Below, piece by piece: positions 17,172-25,736 of a stretch of 56,296 nt of DNA (its first letter is position 1; each line of letters opens with the position of its first letter). The stretch lies in assembly GCA_030641485.1 (NCBI GenBank), contig DAOWHJ010000038.1, positions 1 through 56,296 on the forward strand. The letters run 5' to 3'. Both the position numbers and the translations under genes were made by a program. The notes under the pieces were generated by a model. It had not been told where the DNA came from. It saw nothing but the letters and a program-made list of their open reading frames with translations, and made no database searches. This DNA comes from Pseudomonadota bacterium. GTDB lineage: Bacteria; Desulfobacterota; Anaeroferrophillalia; Anaeroferrophillales; Tharpellaceae.

Positions 17172-19997
17172 TTATTGCCGGGTCAAAGCGCGGTAGATTC
17201 GGGGAAGCTTGTCGGGCAGTTGTTTGACATCGGCAATTACGGTGTGATGAACATCACCATAGAGATTATCCAAGTGCGATGAGTTACTGGTGTTCACCGT
17301 AATTGCATGAACATGGATAAAGGCACTGCGACTTTCACGAATAGCACTGCGACTGTCTGCAATTGCGTACTCGTTACTATAATCCTGATCATTAGGCAGA
17401 CCATCACTTAAAACAATCATTAATTTGACCCGAGCCGGATACTCTTTAAGCTCCTTGGCGGCATGGCGAATAGCCGGGCCCATGCGCGTATTCTTTTCCG
17501 GGCGCACTCCACCAATACGACCTTTAACCTCATCATTAAGGGGCTCGTTAAAACTTTTCAAGTAAAAAAATTCGCTCGCCAAACGACCGGAGCCGGAAAA
17601 ACCAGCCAGGGCATAGGCATCACCAACCCGCTCTAAAGCTTCACAAAAAAGGACCAGCGCCTCCTTTTCGACGGCAAGAACTGATTTACCACTGCCGTCA
17701 TGAACCGCCTTGCGGGTTGACGATGAGAGATCAACTAAAACAAAAACCGCAACATCACGATCAACCTTCAAACGTTTACGATAAAGGCGATCATCCGGAG
17801 TGATCCGCATCTTACGATCAATCGCGTACTCTAAAAGCGCATCGTAGTCGAAAGCGTCACCTTCGGGCCAGTGCCGTAAAATCTGCATCGCTTCCGGGCG
17901 AATCAGTTCAAAATTTCGCCGAATCCGATGAATCAAACCACTATTGTCAATGATTGCCTGCTGATAAAAACTATCATCACCGCCGACGCGACGATGTTCA
18001 AGCAATTTCACATGATTTTTAAGATAATCATTGAGACGATAGTCCCACTCATCATACCAGAAGGTCGGCACCTGCTCTGATGGAGCTGATACGGCCCCCG
18101 AAACCGTTGCTTCCGGGAATAACTTTTCAAGATCAACTCCCGACGGCAGTCTCTTAAGCTTGCGCCCCGCAGTATTGCGAACTGCGCCGGAGCCCTCAAG
18201 TAGTTGGCGCAAAAGTTCAGGGGTCAGCGCCAGACTCTCATCAGCCAAAATCTTCTTCAACACACTTTTATCAACATCGACCCCCTGCCCATCAAGCTCC
18301 TCACGCCACAAATGGGCTTTTTTCTCAATCTGCTGATGCGCCATATAGACCAAGTCAAGACGCAGGCGCCGGGCCCAAGGAAAGCGAAAGTCTAAAAAAC
18401 CGAAAAGATCGCTACCCCCTGAGTCCAGCATTAATAAATTTGCAACTTGACCATAGGCCTTAACCACCCAGTCGGCTGAAGCCGAAACTGAGACCTCTGG
18501 AACTTGCAAGATTTTGGCATCTTCAAGCAGAGCCAGAACCCCATCCCAAACCTCAGGCGACAAACTGAAACCACCCTCATCCAGCCGCTTACCTTCAACC
18601 ATTGTCACATAGAGACAATGTGCCAAAGGCTCACCTGTTGCCTCCCGCTTCGAGAGCCCGTCACCATATTCGGTTATAATTTTAACCCGCTGGGCAAAAC
18701 CGGGATAATAACGCTCTAAAAAACTCCTTACCCGCGTAAATTCAGCTAAGTTGAAGAGCTTTTCTGCCAAGTCAGGGGTAGGGAAAAGCGCGAAAAAAGC
18801 GTAATAATCAGAAAACCTGAACTCTTCCGAGGCCGCAGCGGAAAAATTGCTAAAATAATCAAAGCCTCCCAAGCTCTTACTCTCACACTCACGTTGCCAT
18901 AAAGTAAAATCAAAAGCAAAACTTCGGGCTTCAATTGATGCCAATTCAAGACCGGCAAGCAGACGATAATAGGTTTCGTTTGTTTTTAGTGTACTTCCTA
19001 ATTCCATCTCTGCCGGCAAAAATATCCTTTTGCCATCGGTACAAGTTGCCGCCTCACAATTGTTTGAACTAGGTGAAATTTCAGCAAAAGACCGCACCGC
19101 TAATGCTTGCCCACTACGGGCTTTAAGGTAACGGTGCAAAGAGGTTAACTGGGATGAGAGCGGGACCATCGTTTTAAGCTGACGATAGAGATCACGGCCG
19201 GAAATAGCCTCAAGCCCAAGAAAACGACTGCGACGCTCACCGTGATCATCACCCGTTAATGCCGCAGCGACAAACTCTTGCAGGTGAATTGCTTGCAGAA
19301 AACGTACACCCCGTTCGAGACCCCGAAAAAAGGGTGCGGCCAAGAGCCAATCGACCTCAACCACACGCTCAAGCTGAGTTGCCTGCCAAATCCGCCGAGT
19401 CTCAGCCATCCCTTTAATACCAGTGACCAGAAGTTCAACCAAACGGATCAGCTCTTTTTCTACAACTCCCTGTTTAAGAGCGGCATCTATCATCTTGGCA
19501 AAACCGCTTGCAAGTTCAACCCCGCCAAGATCAAGTAACGCTATGACACCATTGCTGACCTGACCTAAAGGGTAAGGCCCCCAAGGCCCGATATGACGAA
19601 AAAGATTAAGGGTGCATTGATAGAGTTCATCATCATCGACAGCAGCTAAAACCACAAATTTCTCGGCCGCAGAACGGGCCAGAACCGGGGTCACAGCTCC
19701 TGCAATCGTCACTGCTGCAAGATACCTGTCAACCGCAGAGCCACCGGTTTGCGATAGCAATTCACAACACCCGGCAACCAGCAGTTCAGCAACTTCAAGG
19801 TTACGCTTTAACCAACTCGCAACCACCGTTGAAATTTTTGCGACCAGCTCAATTTCCGGTGCGGGTAAGGATCGACTGATCTCCAGAAGAAGTTTTTCAC
19901 CCAACACGACATCAAGCTGAAAAACCGGATCCAGCACGGTAATATATTCGGTATTTTGGTCGAAAGTCATGACTGTAAGGTTGCTGTTGAATAACAA
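17172..19997 (-). CDS. NorD/CbbO-like protein with C-terminal von Willebrand factor A domain (941 aa)
   Basis: C-terminal VWA with MIDAS-like VLVDLSSST...GFSG...MIVLSDGLPND. The long helical N-terminal region is as in CbbO/NorD partners of CbbQ/NorQ ATPases. The start codon is uncertain (alternative ATG at 19970). Confidence 0.7.
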   Translation of the reverse strand: MLFNSNLTVMTFDQNTEYITVLDPVFQLDVVLGEKLLLEISRSLPAPEIELVAKISTVVASWLKRNLEVAELLVAGCCELLSQTGGSAVDRYLAAVTIAGAVTPVLARSAAEKFVVLAAVDDDELYQCTLNLFRHIGPWGPYPLGQVSNGVIALLDLGGVELASGFAKMIDAALKQGVVEKELIRLVELLVTGIKGMAETRRIWQATQLERVVEVDWLLAAPFFRGLERGVRFLQAIHLQEFVAAALTGDDHGERRSRFLGLEAISGRDLYRQLKTMVPLSSQLTSLHRYLKARSGQALAVRSFAEISPSSNNCEAATCTDGKRIFLPAEMELGSTLKTNETYYRLLAGLELASIEARSFAFDFTLWQRECESKSLGGFDYFSNFSAAASEEFRFSDYYAFFALFPTPDLAEKLFNLAEFTRVRSFLERYYPGFAQRVKIITEYGDGLSKREATGEPLAHCLYVTMVEGKRLDEGGFSLSPEVWDGVLALLEDAKILQVPEVSVSASADWVVKAYGQVANLLMLDSGGSDLFGFLDFRFPWARRLRLDLVYMAHQQIEKKAHLWREELDGQGVDVDKSVLKKILADESLALTPELLRQLLEGSGAVRNTAGRKLKRLPSGVDLEKLFPEATVSGAVSAPSEQVPTFWYDEWDYRLNDYLKNHVKLLEHRRVGGDDSFYQQAIIDNSGLIHRIRRNFELIRPEAMQILRHWPEGDAFDYDALLEYAIDRKMRITPDDRLYRKRLKVDRDVAVFVLVDLSSSTRKAVHDGSGKSVLAVEKEALVLFCEALERVGDAYALAGFSGSGRLASEFFYLKSFNEPLNDEVKGRIGGVRPEKNTRMGPAIRHAAKELKEYPARVKLMIVLSDGLPNDQDYSNEYAIADSRSAIRESRSAFIHVHAITVNTSNSSHLDNLYGDVHHTVIADVKQLPDKLPRIYRALTRQ

Positions 19998-20163
19998 TTT
20001 TGTTCAAATTGATCTGCTCGAATGCGTAATGCAGGACTTCACCGACAGAACGTATCTCCGGGCCAAGCGGGGAATCGACTTCAGGGAACATAGTTAAAAG
20101 GAAAACGGCTTCCTTTATAAGCTACAGGATCGACAACGATATAAAAAATCCTAACTTTTTCAA

Positions 20164-20508
20164 CTAAAGTTTTCCTAATTCATCTAAAAACTGGATTACC
20201 CTTAGAGATTCTGCGACGCCAGTCGTACCTCTCATACTACTTACTATTGAGATGGTATCAAGAAATTCTTCTTTGCTTGCACCTGATGCCAATGCCGCCT
20301 CAGTATGAAATAAAACACAATTCTGACACCCGACACCAAGAGCTATGGCCAAAGCCATAAGATGTTTAGTCTTTCTTTCCAGAGCTCCATCTTTATATGT
20401 TTCACCTACCTGGTCCATGAGTTGTTTGCCCTTTTCCGGCATTACTTCGATAATGCGACCGAGCTGTTTTTTGCGATTGTTGTTTAAATCAATTTGGCTT
20501 TCCGGCAT
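20164..20508 (-). CDS. Carboxymuconolactone decarboxylase / AhpD-like family protein (114 aa)
   Basis: AhpD core motif GVGCQNCVLFHTEAA (CxxC...H). The start is trimmed to ATG 20506-20508 behind AGGAG. Confidence 0.75.
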   Translation of the reverse strand: MPESQIDLNNNRKKQLGRIIEVMPEKGKQLMDQVGETYKDGALERKTKHLMALAIALGVGCQNCVLFHTEAALASGASKEEFLDTISIVSSMRGTTGVAESLRVIQFLDELGKL

Positions 20509-20854
20509 AATCTTTCTCCTTCTGCATGAAGTGGTTCCATTTAGGATGACCAAGGTCATCAAACTTTACAATCCGATAGTTACAAAATATTAGAGTTGAA
20601 CAATGGTGTTGCAGATTGTCAGGAGACACCAATCCACGAACAATCTTATTTTTCACATCCAACCTCAATCTCAAGGCATATCGTAACAATATCCTAACCA
20701 CAAATTGTTGTGAGACGCAATACATAAATTCTTCAGTTGGTGTTGTGATGTCCTGTTTGAAATCATATTCGTCAATAATTTCTTTCAGAACCTTCTTGGT
20801 GATCTCTTTTTTGAGTTGCGTAATCACTTCGTTTTTGATATCTTTACGGTTCAA
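20489..20854 (-). CDS. Hypothetical protein (121 aa, TTG start)
   Basis: ORF in an AT-rich stretch with a charged helical N-terminus and a weak GAGG RBS. It overlaps the AhpD-like gene by 20 nt. No recognisable motif. Confidence 0.3.
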   Translation of the reverse strand: MNRKDIKNEVITQLKKEITKKVLKEIIDEYDFKQDITTPTEEFMYCVSQQFVVRILLRYALRLRLDVKNKIVRGLVSPDNLQHHCSTLIFCNYRIVKFDDLGHPKWNHFMQKEKDYAGKPN

Positions 20855-21204
20855 GGAGAGCCTCTGTTTTGGATGAATATTTTGTGGTTATTATCGTCAC
20901 CAATTATAGAGATTTTTTGTGTTAAGTAAATGTTTTCATTAAGTTTATTGCCGACATTTGCAACACCTTCAACTAATGCCTAAAAAGCTCCGACCCCTTT
21001 TTTTTGGTCGTGAGCGCCGTTCTTGTAAAGAAATCAGAGTAGCTTGCAGGAGTTGCTTGATGAACTGAATCCATCTTTAGTTGCAGTAGAGAGTTTTTTT
21101 TGGGGGGGGCAGCAGATTAGTTATGCTACCCTCAACAATTGAGGTCAATTTTTTTGCCCTTGTCTGAAACACATCAATGCAGATGACACAACGGTGATTA
21201 CAGT

Positions 21205-24012
21205 ATGAAAAAACAGAAGTTCTCGCATGAAAAGTTGTCCCAAAACTATTTTGACATAGCCGAAGTTATCCTTGTCGTTCTGGATGAGGCTGGTGTTATT
21301 GAGAGTATCAATCGCAAAGGATGTGCGGTTTTGGGAGTCTCAGCCGATGAGATCGTGGGGAAAAACTGGTTTGACCTGTGTATTCCCAAGGAAAACCTCC
21401 AAGCGGTAAAAAGTGCTTTTGCCCAATTGATCAGCGGTGATTTGGAGCCCGTAGCCTATTATGAAAATCCGGTTGTTACTTCTGAAGGCAGTCTCCGCCT
21501 TATCGCCTGGCATAATTCTTACTTGACTGATGATCAAGGCCGTATAGTTGGCATTCTCTCTTCCGGTGAGGATATAACTGAAAAAAAGTTTTTCGAGGAA
21601 CTCCTCAAAAAAAGTGAAGAACGCTTTCGATATCTCGCCGATAATTCAACAGATTTTATCTGGGAGATTGATGAGCACTCGATTTTCACCTATGTAAGTC
21701 CCAGTGTTGACAAAGTGTTGGGCTATAGACCGGAGGAGGTGGTCGGCAGATCGGTTTTTGACCTGATGCCTGAAAATGAGCGGCAAACGGTCGCCGAAAA
21801 ATTCTTCCCGCTAATAGAAAAACGGATGACTTTTGCCGGTCTGGAAAATATCAACCTGCATAAAGACGGTCGTCTCGTCACCATAGAATCGAGCGGGGTT
21901 CCAACTTTCAATAACGACGGCCTCTTTGTTGGCTACCGTGGCATTAACCGCAATATTACCTTGAGAAAGCAGGCAGAAAAAGAGAAAGAGCAGCAGATGG
22001 AGGTATTAAAGCTGGCCTCCAGGGTCGGTTCGGCCCTGGCCAAGTTAAGTCGCCTTGATGAGATGCTCCACGAATGTTGCGAGCTGGTGGTGTCACATAA
22101 TAAGGCGGCCTTCTGCCGTATCTGGTTGATCCCTGAAAACAGTCAGGTTTTAGAACTTGCGGCCAGTGCCGGTCTCTATACTCAACTAGATGGTAGCTTC
22201 AGCCGCAAAACCGTTGACAATGCCAGCAAGATCGGAACGATTGCTCTGACAAACCAACCCTATATCGCTAATGACCTCCTTGGTGACCCTCTGGTTGTTG
22301 AAAAAAACTGGGTCAAAACCGAGAAGCTGCAAAGTTTTGCCGGCTATCCCCTGTTTGTCAACAACCGAGTGATCGGCGTTATCGCCCTTTTCTCACAGAA
22401 CGTTTTGTCAGAATCGGTGCTGACGAGCTTTATGGCGATTACCGATGAAATTGCCATAACCGTTGAAAAAAAACGGGTTGAAGAGAGACTATTGCATGTG
22501 GCATCGGCTTTAGGAAATGTTGCCGAGGAGGTTATCATAACCGATTTTGACGGTAAAATTTTCTATGTTAATCCTGCTTGTGAGAAAATTACCGGGTATA
22601 ATCGTACCGAACTCATTGGCAGCAATCCGCGAATTTTTCAGAGCGGGAAGCACGATCAAGCCTTTTATGAAGATCTCTGGAACACTATCACTTCAGGAGA
22701 CACTTGGACAAACCGTATTATCAATAAAACCAAGGCTGGCCGTCTAATCCTGGAGGATGCCACGATTTCGTCGGTTATCGATCCCACCGGCAAACACTTA
22801 GGCTATGTCTCGGTCAAACGAGATGTGACTGAGCAAGTAAGACTTGAGGAAAACCTTCAACAGTCACAGAAGATGGAAGCCATCGGCACTTTAGCTGGTG
22901 GTATTGCCCATGATTTTAACAACCTGTTAAATGCCATTCTCGGCTATAGTGAACTACTGCTTCTCGATCTTCCCGAAGAGGGCAACCAATATCGACGGGT
23001 TGATAGAATCAGGAGCGCTGGTCTTCAGGCTGCCGAGCTGGTTCAGCAAATTCTGGCATTTAGTCGCAGAACGGAAAAGCAACGGCTCCCGCTACGTTTG
23101 CAATTGGTGGTTAAAGAGGCCTTAAAACTCCTGCGCAGCTCTCTGCCGACAACCATAGAAATACAACAGGATATAGACCCAAACTGTTCTCTGGTTAGAG
23201 CCGACAACACTAATGTGCACCAGGTCTTTATGAACCTCTGCACCAACGCTTACCATGCTATGAAGGCGAGTGGTGGTATTCTGTACATCACCCTCAAGGA
23301 AATTGCTGTCATTCAAGAGGATATCCCACCCGATGTCCTTGTCGAAGCTGGGTCCTATGTGGTTATGATTGTGCGAGACAGTGGTTACGGAATGGACAGC
23401 GTTACCAGGGAAAGAATCTTTGAGCCATACTTTACGACTAAGGGGCAGGGTGAGGGAACCGGTCTGGGGCTGGCTACGGTGCATGGCATCGTTAAAGATC
23501 ATGGCGGCTGGATTACAGTGACCAGCGACCCTGGACAAGGGTCAATTTTTTCTGTGTACTGGCCAGTTTTTATCGGTGAAATTGTGGTTAAAAGTGAAAA
23601 GGAAAAAGCCCCGCCTAAGCAGATGCCTTTTCGGGGAAATGCCATGTTTGTCGATGATGCCGAATTCAATGTCCTCCTGGGTGGAGAGATCTTACAACAA
23701 ATGGGCTGCACTGTATCGGGCTTTACAGATAGTCATGAAGCCCTGGCCGTATTCAAAAAGAACCCCAACCAATTCGATGTTGTCATAACCGATCAAACCA
23801 TGCCTGGGCTTACCGGTTTTGAGCTGGCGGTGAAAATGTTGGATATCCGCCCCGATCTTCCGATTATAATGATTACCGGCCATAGCGATATTGTTGATGA
23901 AGAGAAGGCCAAGGCAGTCGGTATTCGCGATTTCCTCTTAAAACCCATACGCATTGAAAGTCTCAGCAAAGCTTTGGCAAAAATTGACTCTCTTGTGACA
24001 CTTGGGACATAA
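21205..24012 (+). CDS. Hybrid sensor histidine kinase / response regulator (PAS-PAS-GAF-PAS-HisKA-HATPase-REC, 935 aa)
   Basis: Repeated PAS-type segments, a GAF-like region, H-box GGIAHDFNNLLNAILGYSELL, G-boxes DSGYGMD and GTGLGLATVHGIV, and a receiver domain with VVITDQTMPGLTG...LLKP. Confidence 0.9.
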   Translation: MKKQKFSHEKLSQNYFDIAEVILVVLDEAGVIESINRKGCAVLGVSADEIVGKNWFDLCIPKENLQAVKSAFAQLISGDLEPVAYYENPVVTSEGSLRLIAWHNSYLTDDQGRIVGILSSGEDITEKKFFEELLKKSEERFRYLADNSTDFIWEIDEHSIFTYVSPSVDKVLGYRPEEVVGRSVFDLMPENERQTVAEKFFPLIEKRMTFAGLENINLHKDGRLVTIESSGVPTFNNDGLFVGYRGINRNITLRKQAEKEKEQQMEVLKLASRVGSALAKLSRLDEMLHECCELVVSHNKAAFCRIWLIPENSQVLELAASAGLYTQLDGSFSRKTVDNASKIGTIALTNQPYIANDLLGDPLVVEKNWVKTEKLQSFAGYPLFVNNRVIGVIALFSQNVLSESVLTSFMAITDEIAITVEKKRVEERLLHVASALGNVAEEVIITDFDGKIFYVNPACEKITGYNRTELIGSNPRIFQSGKHDQAFYEDLWNTITSGDTWTNRIINKTKAGRLILEDATISSVIDPTGKHLGYVSVKRDVTEQVRLEENLQQSQKMEAIGTLAGGIAHDFNNLLNAILGYSELLLLDLPEEGNQYRRVDRIRSAGLQAAELVQQILAFSRRTEKQRLPLRLQLVVKEALKLLRSSLPTTIEIQQDIDPNCSLVRADNTNVHQVFMNLCTNAYHAMKASGGILYITLKEIAVIQEDIPPDVLVEAGSYVVMIVRDSGYGMDSVTRERIFEPYFTTKGQGEGTGLGLATVHGIVKDHGGWITVTSDPGQGSIFSVYWPVFIGEIVVKSEKEKAPPKQMPFRGNAMFVDDAEFNVLLGGEILQQMGCTVSGFTDSHEALAVFKKNPNQFDVVITDQTMPGLTGFELAVKMLDIRPDLPIIMITGHSDIVDEEKAKAVGIRDFLLKPIRIESLSKALAKIDSLVTLGT

Positions 24013-24130
24013 GGGTAAGGGACGAGGGGACGTTGTTGCTTTATTGCTTTAAATCGCCAGAGCTAAAAAGTGGTCTGTCCCCGGTTTTTGTTCGGTTTTC
24101 CCGATTTCCTGATGGCATGATGGCAACCGC

Positions 24131-24943
24131 CTAAAGGAAAATATCGGAGATAATCTCATCCAGGGTTAAAAGCAGGCCGGGATCATCGGTCAGAGGTTGG
24201 GCAATGGCAATTTTACAGGCCCGGGCCGGTTCAATCCCGCGGCGAATCAACTGTCCGGCATAGATCAGGAGTCGCGTCCCGGCCCCCTCAGCCAGGCCCT
24301 GCTCCCGAATCTGACGAATCTTGCCAGCAAGATGAACTAGGCGCGTCGCCAGCTCAAGCTCAATCTGACTCTCTTGGGCCACAATCTTACTTTCTCCTGG
24401 TGCTTCAGGGTAATCAAATTCGAGCGCGACAAACCGCTGCCTGGTACTCTGTTTCAGGTCTTTCAAGACCGACTGGTAACCGGGATTATAAGAAATAACC
24501 AACTGAAAATCAGGGTGAGCTCGCACCACTTCACCACGTTTATCAATGGGCAGCAGACGTCGGTCATCAGCCAGCGGATGAATAACCACGGTTGTATCTT
24601 TGCGGGCTTCGACGACTTCATCAAGATAACAGATGGCTCCTCCACGTACCGCTTGGGTCAATGGCCCGTCCATCCAGACGGTCTCATCCCCGGTCAAAAG
24701 GTAACGCCCAACCAAGTCGGCCGCAAAGAGATCTTCATGACAAGAGACGGTTATCAACGGCCTTTTCATGCGCCAGGCCATATACTCAACAAACCGGGTC
24801 TTGCCACAACCGGTGGGACCTTTTAACATTAGCGGTAAGCGTTCACTACAAGCTGCTTGATAAAGTTCAACCTCATCGGCAACCGGCAGATAGTAGGGCT
24901 TTTCATTAATCAGGTAATCACTTAATGGTTTTACTTCCAACAT
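24131..24943 (-). CDS. CbbQ/NorQ/NirQ-family MoxR-type AAA+ ATPase (270 aa)
   Basis: Walker [18 protein letters not shown], Walker [11 protein letters not shown]. The length and N-terminal pattern are typical of CbbQ/NorQ. Confidence 0.85.
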   Translation of the reverse strand: MLEVKPLSDYLINEKPYYLPVADEVELYQAACSERLPLMLKGPTGCGKTRFVEYMAWRMKRPLITVSCHEDLFAADLVGRYLLTGDETVWMDGPLTQAVRGGAICYLDEVVEARKDTTVVIHPLADDRRLLPIDKRGEVVRAHPDFQLVISYNPGYQSVLKDLKQSTRQRFVALEFDYPEAPGESKIVAQESQIELELATRLVHLAGKIRQIREQGLAEGAGTRLLIYAGQLIRRGIEPARACKIAIAQPLTDDPGLLLTLDEIISDIFL

Positions 24944-24972
24944 TAGTACAGCCTCTTAATGGATTTATAGAT

Positions 24973-25055
24973 GTAACGGTTCAGCCAATCCGCAAAACCG
25001 GGTACACGATCCCGATTTTCTAACGGAGAATCAGGTCATGTCCCCAGTCTATGCT
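24973..25055. repeat. 83-nt palindromic intergenic element, family B copy 1
   Basis: Collinear with 37413-37495 (roughly three quarters identical by eye, with small indels). The internal inverted repeat is GCAAAACCGGGTAC ... GTCCCCAGTCTATGC. It shares the GTAAC..TTC end and the ATAAACSGGGT / AATCCCG core with family A. Confidence 0.6.
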
Positions 25056-25069
25056 ACAAATTTAGTCAC

Positions 25070-25720
25070 TCATGGCATCCCGAACTCAACCCACAACACC
25101 GCGTAACGAACCAATTCGGCACCATGTTTCAAACCAAGTTTATCTTTCAAACGTTCCCGGTAGGTACCGACCGTTTTGCTACCTATATGAAGTTTTTCCG
25201 CAATTTCAGCTGATGAAAGACCGCGACCAATCTCAGTCAAGACCTCAAGTTCCCGGTCACTTAGATGGCTGGCGGCCGACAGGGCTGCGGTGTCAGATCT
25301 TCCGGTCAGCTTATTTACCATTTTATTCATAATTTTGTTACTGACATGAATATTACCAGCCAAGATATGACGCAGAGCATCGATCACCAAATCTGAGGCT
25401 TCCTGTTTCATGATATAACCTCGAGCTCCGGCCAAAATACATCTCTCGGCATGAATCGCCTCATCATGCATTGAGAGCACCAGCATCGGGATCTGGATTT
25501 TATTTTTGTCAAACTCCCGAATCAGATCGATCCCCTGGCTCTCCTTTAAAGAGAGGTCAATGATAATCAAGTCCGGTTGCAGAGCTTCGATCTCTTTACG
25601 GGCAAGTGCAATATTGTCGGCTATCCCACAAACCTCAAGATCATTCTCCTGATTGATTAGCTCACTCATCCCCATACTGAAAATCGGGTGATCTTCAACA
25701 ATATATACCCTGTTTTTCAC
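25070..25720 (-). CDS. NarL/FixJ (LuxR-type HTH) family response regulator (216 aa)
   Basis: Receiver domain (VYIVEDHP...DLIIIDLSL) plus C-terminal LuxR HTH (LSDRELEVLTEIGRGLSSAEIAEKLHIGSKTVGTYRERL). Confidence 0.9.
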   Translation of the reverse strand: MKNRVYIVEDHPIFSMGMSELINQENDLEVCGIADNIALARKEIEALQPDLIIIDLSLKESQGIDLIREFDKNKIQIPMLVLSMHDEAIHAERCILAGARGYIMKQEASDLVIDALRHILAGNIHVSNKIMNKMVNKLTGRSDTAALSAASHLSDRELEVLTEIGRGLSSAEIAEKLHIGSKTVGTYRERLKDKLGLKHGAELVRYAVLWVEFGMP

Positions 25721-25736
25721 TCGAACAGCCCCCTTT

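Noticed and set aside
21125-21140. Shared 13-mer CTACCCTCAACAA at 21126-21138 and about 55089-55101
   Set aside because: A single exact 13-mer match is expected many times by chance among all position pairs in a 56-kb window, and the flanks do not align.
23122-23538. 138-aa minus-strand ORF inside the hybrid kinase gene
   Set aside because: It is antisense to the HATPase region, which has clear G-box motifs, so it is a shadow ORF. The same applies to 42769-43143 inside the cobT-like gene and the many 60-95-aa ORFs antisense to the giant gene.
24374-24826. 150-aa and 105-aa plus-strand ORFs antisense to the CbbQ/NorQ gene
   Set aside because: They lie entirely inside a gene with clear Walker A/B motifs on the other strand and have no RBS or motifs.
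17172-24943. Rubisco activase (CbbQ/CbbO) or NOR activase (NorQ/NorD) assignment
   Set aside because: The family assignment is solid. However, no cbbL/M, norC/B or other client gene is in the window, so a specific functional name would be unsupported.
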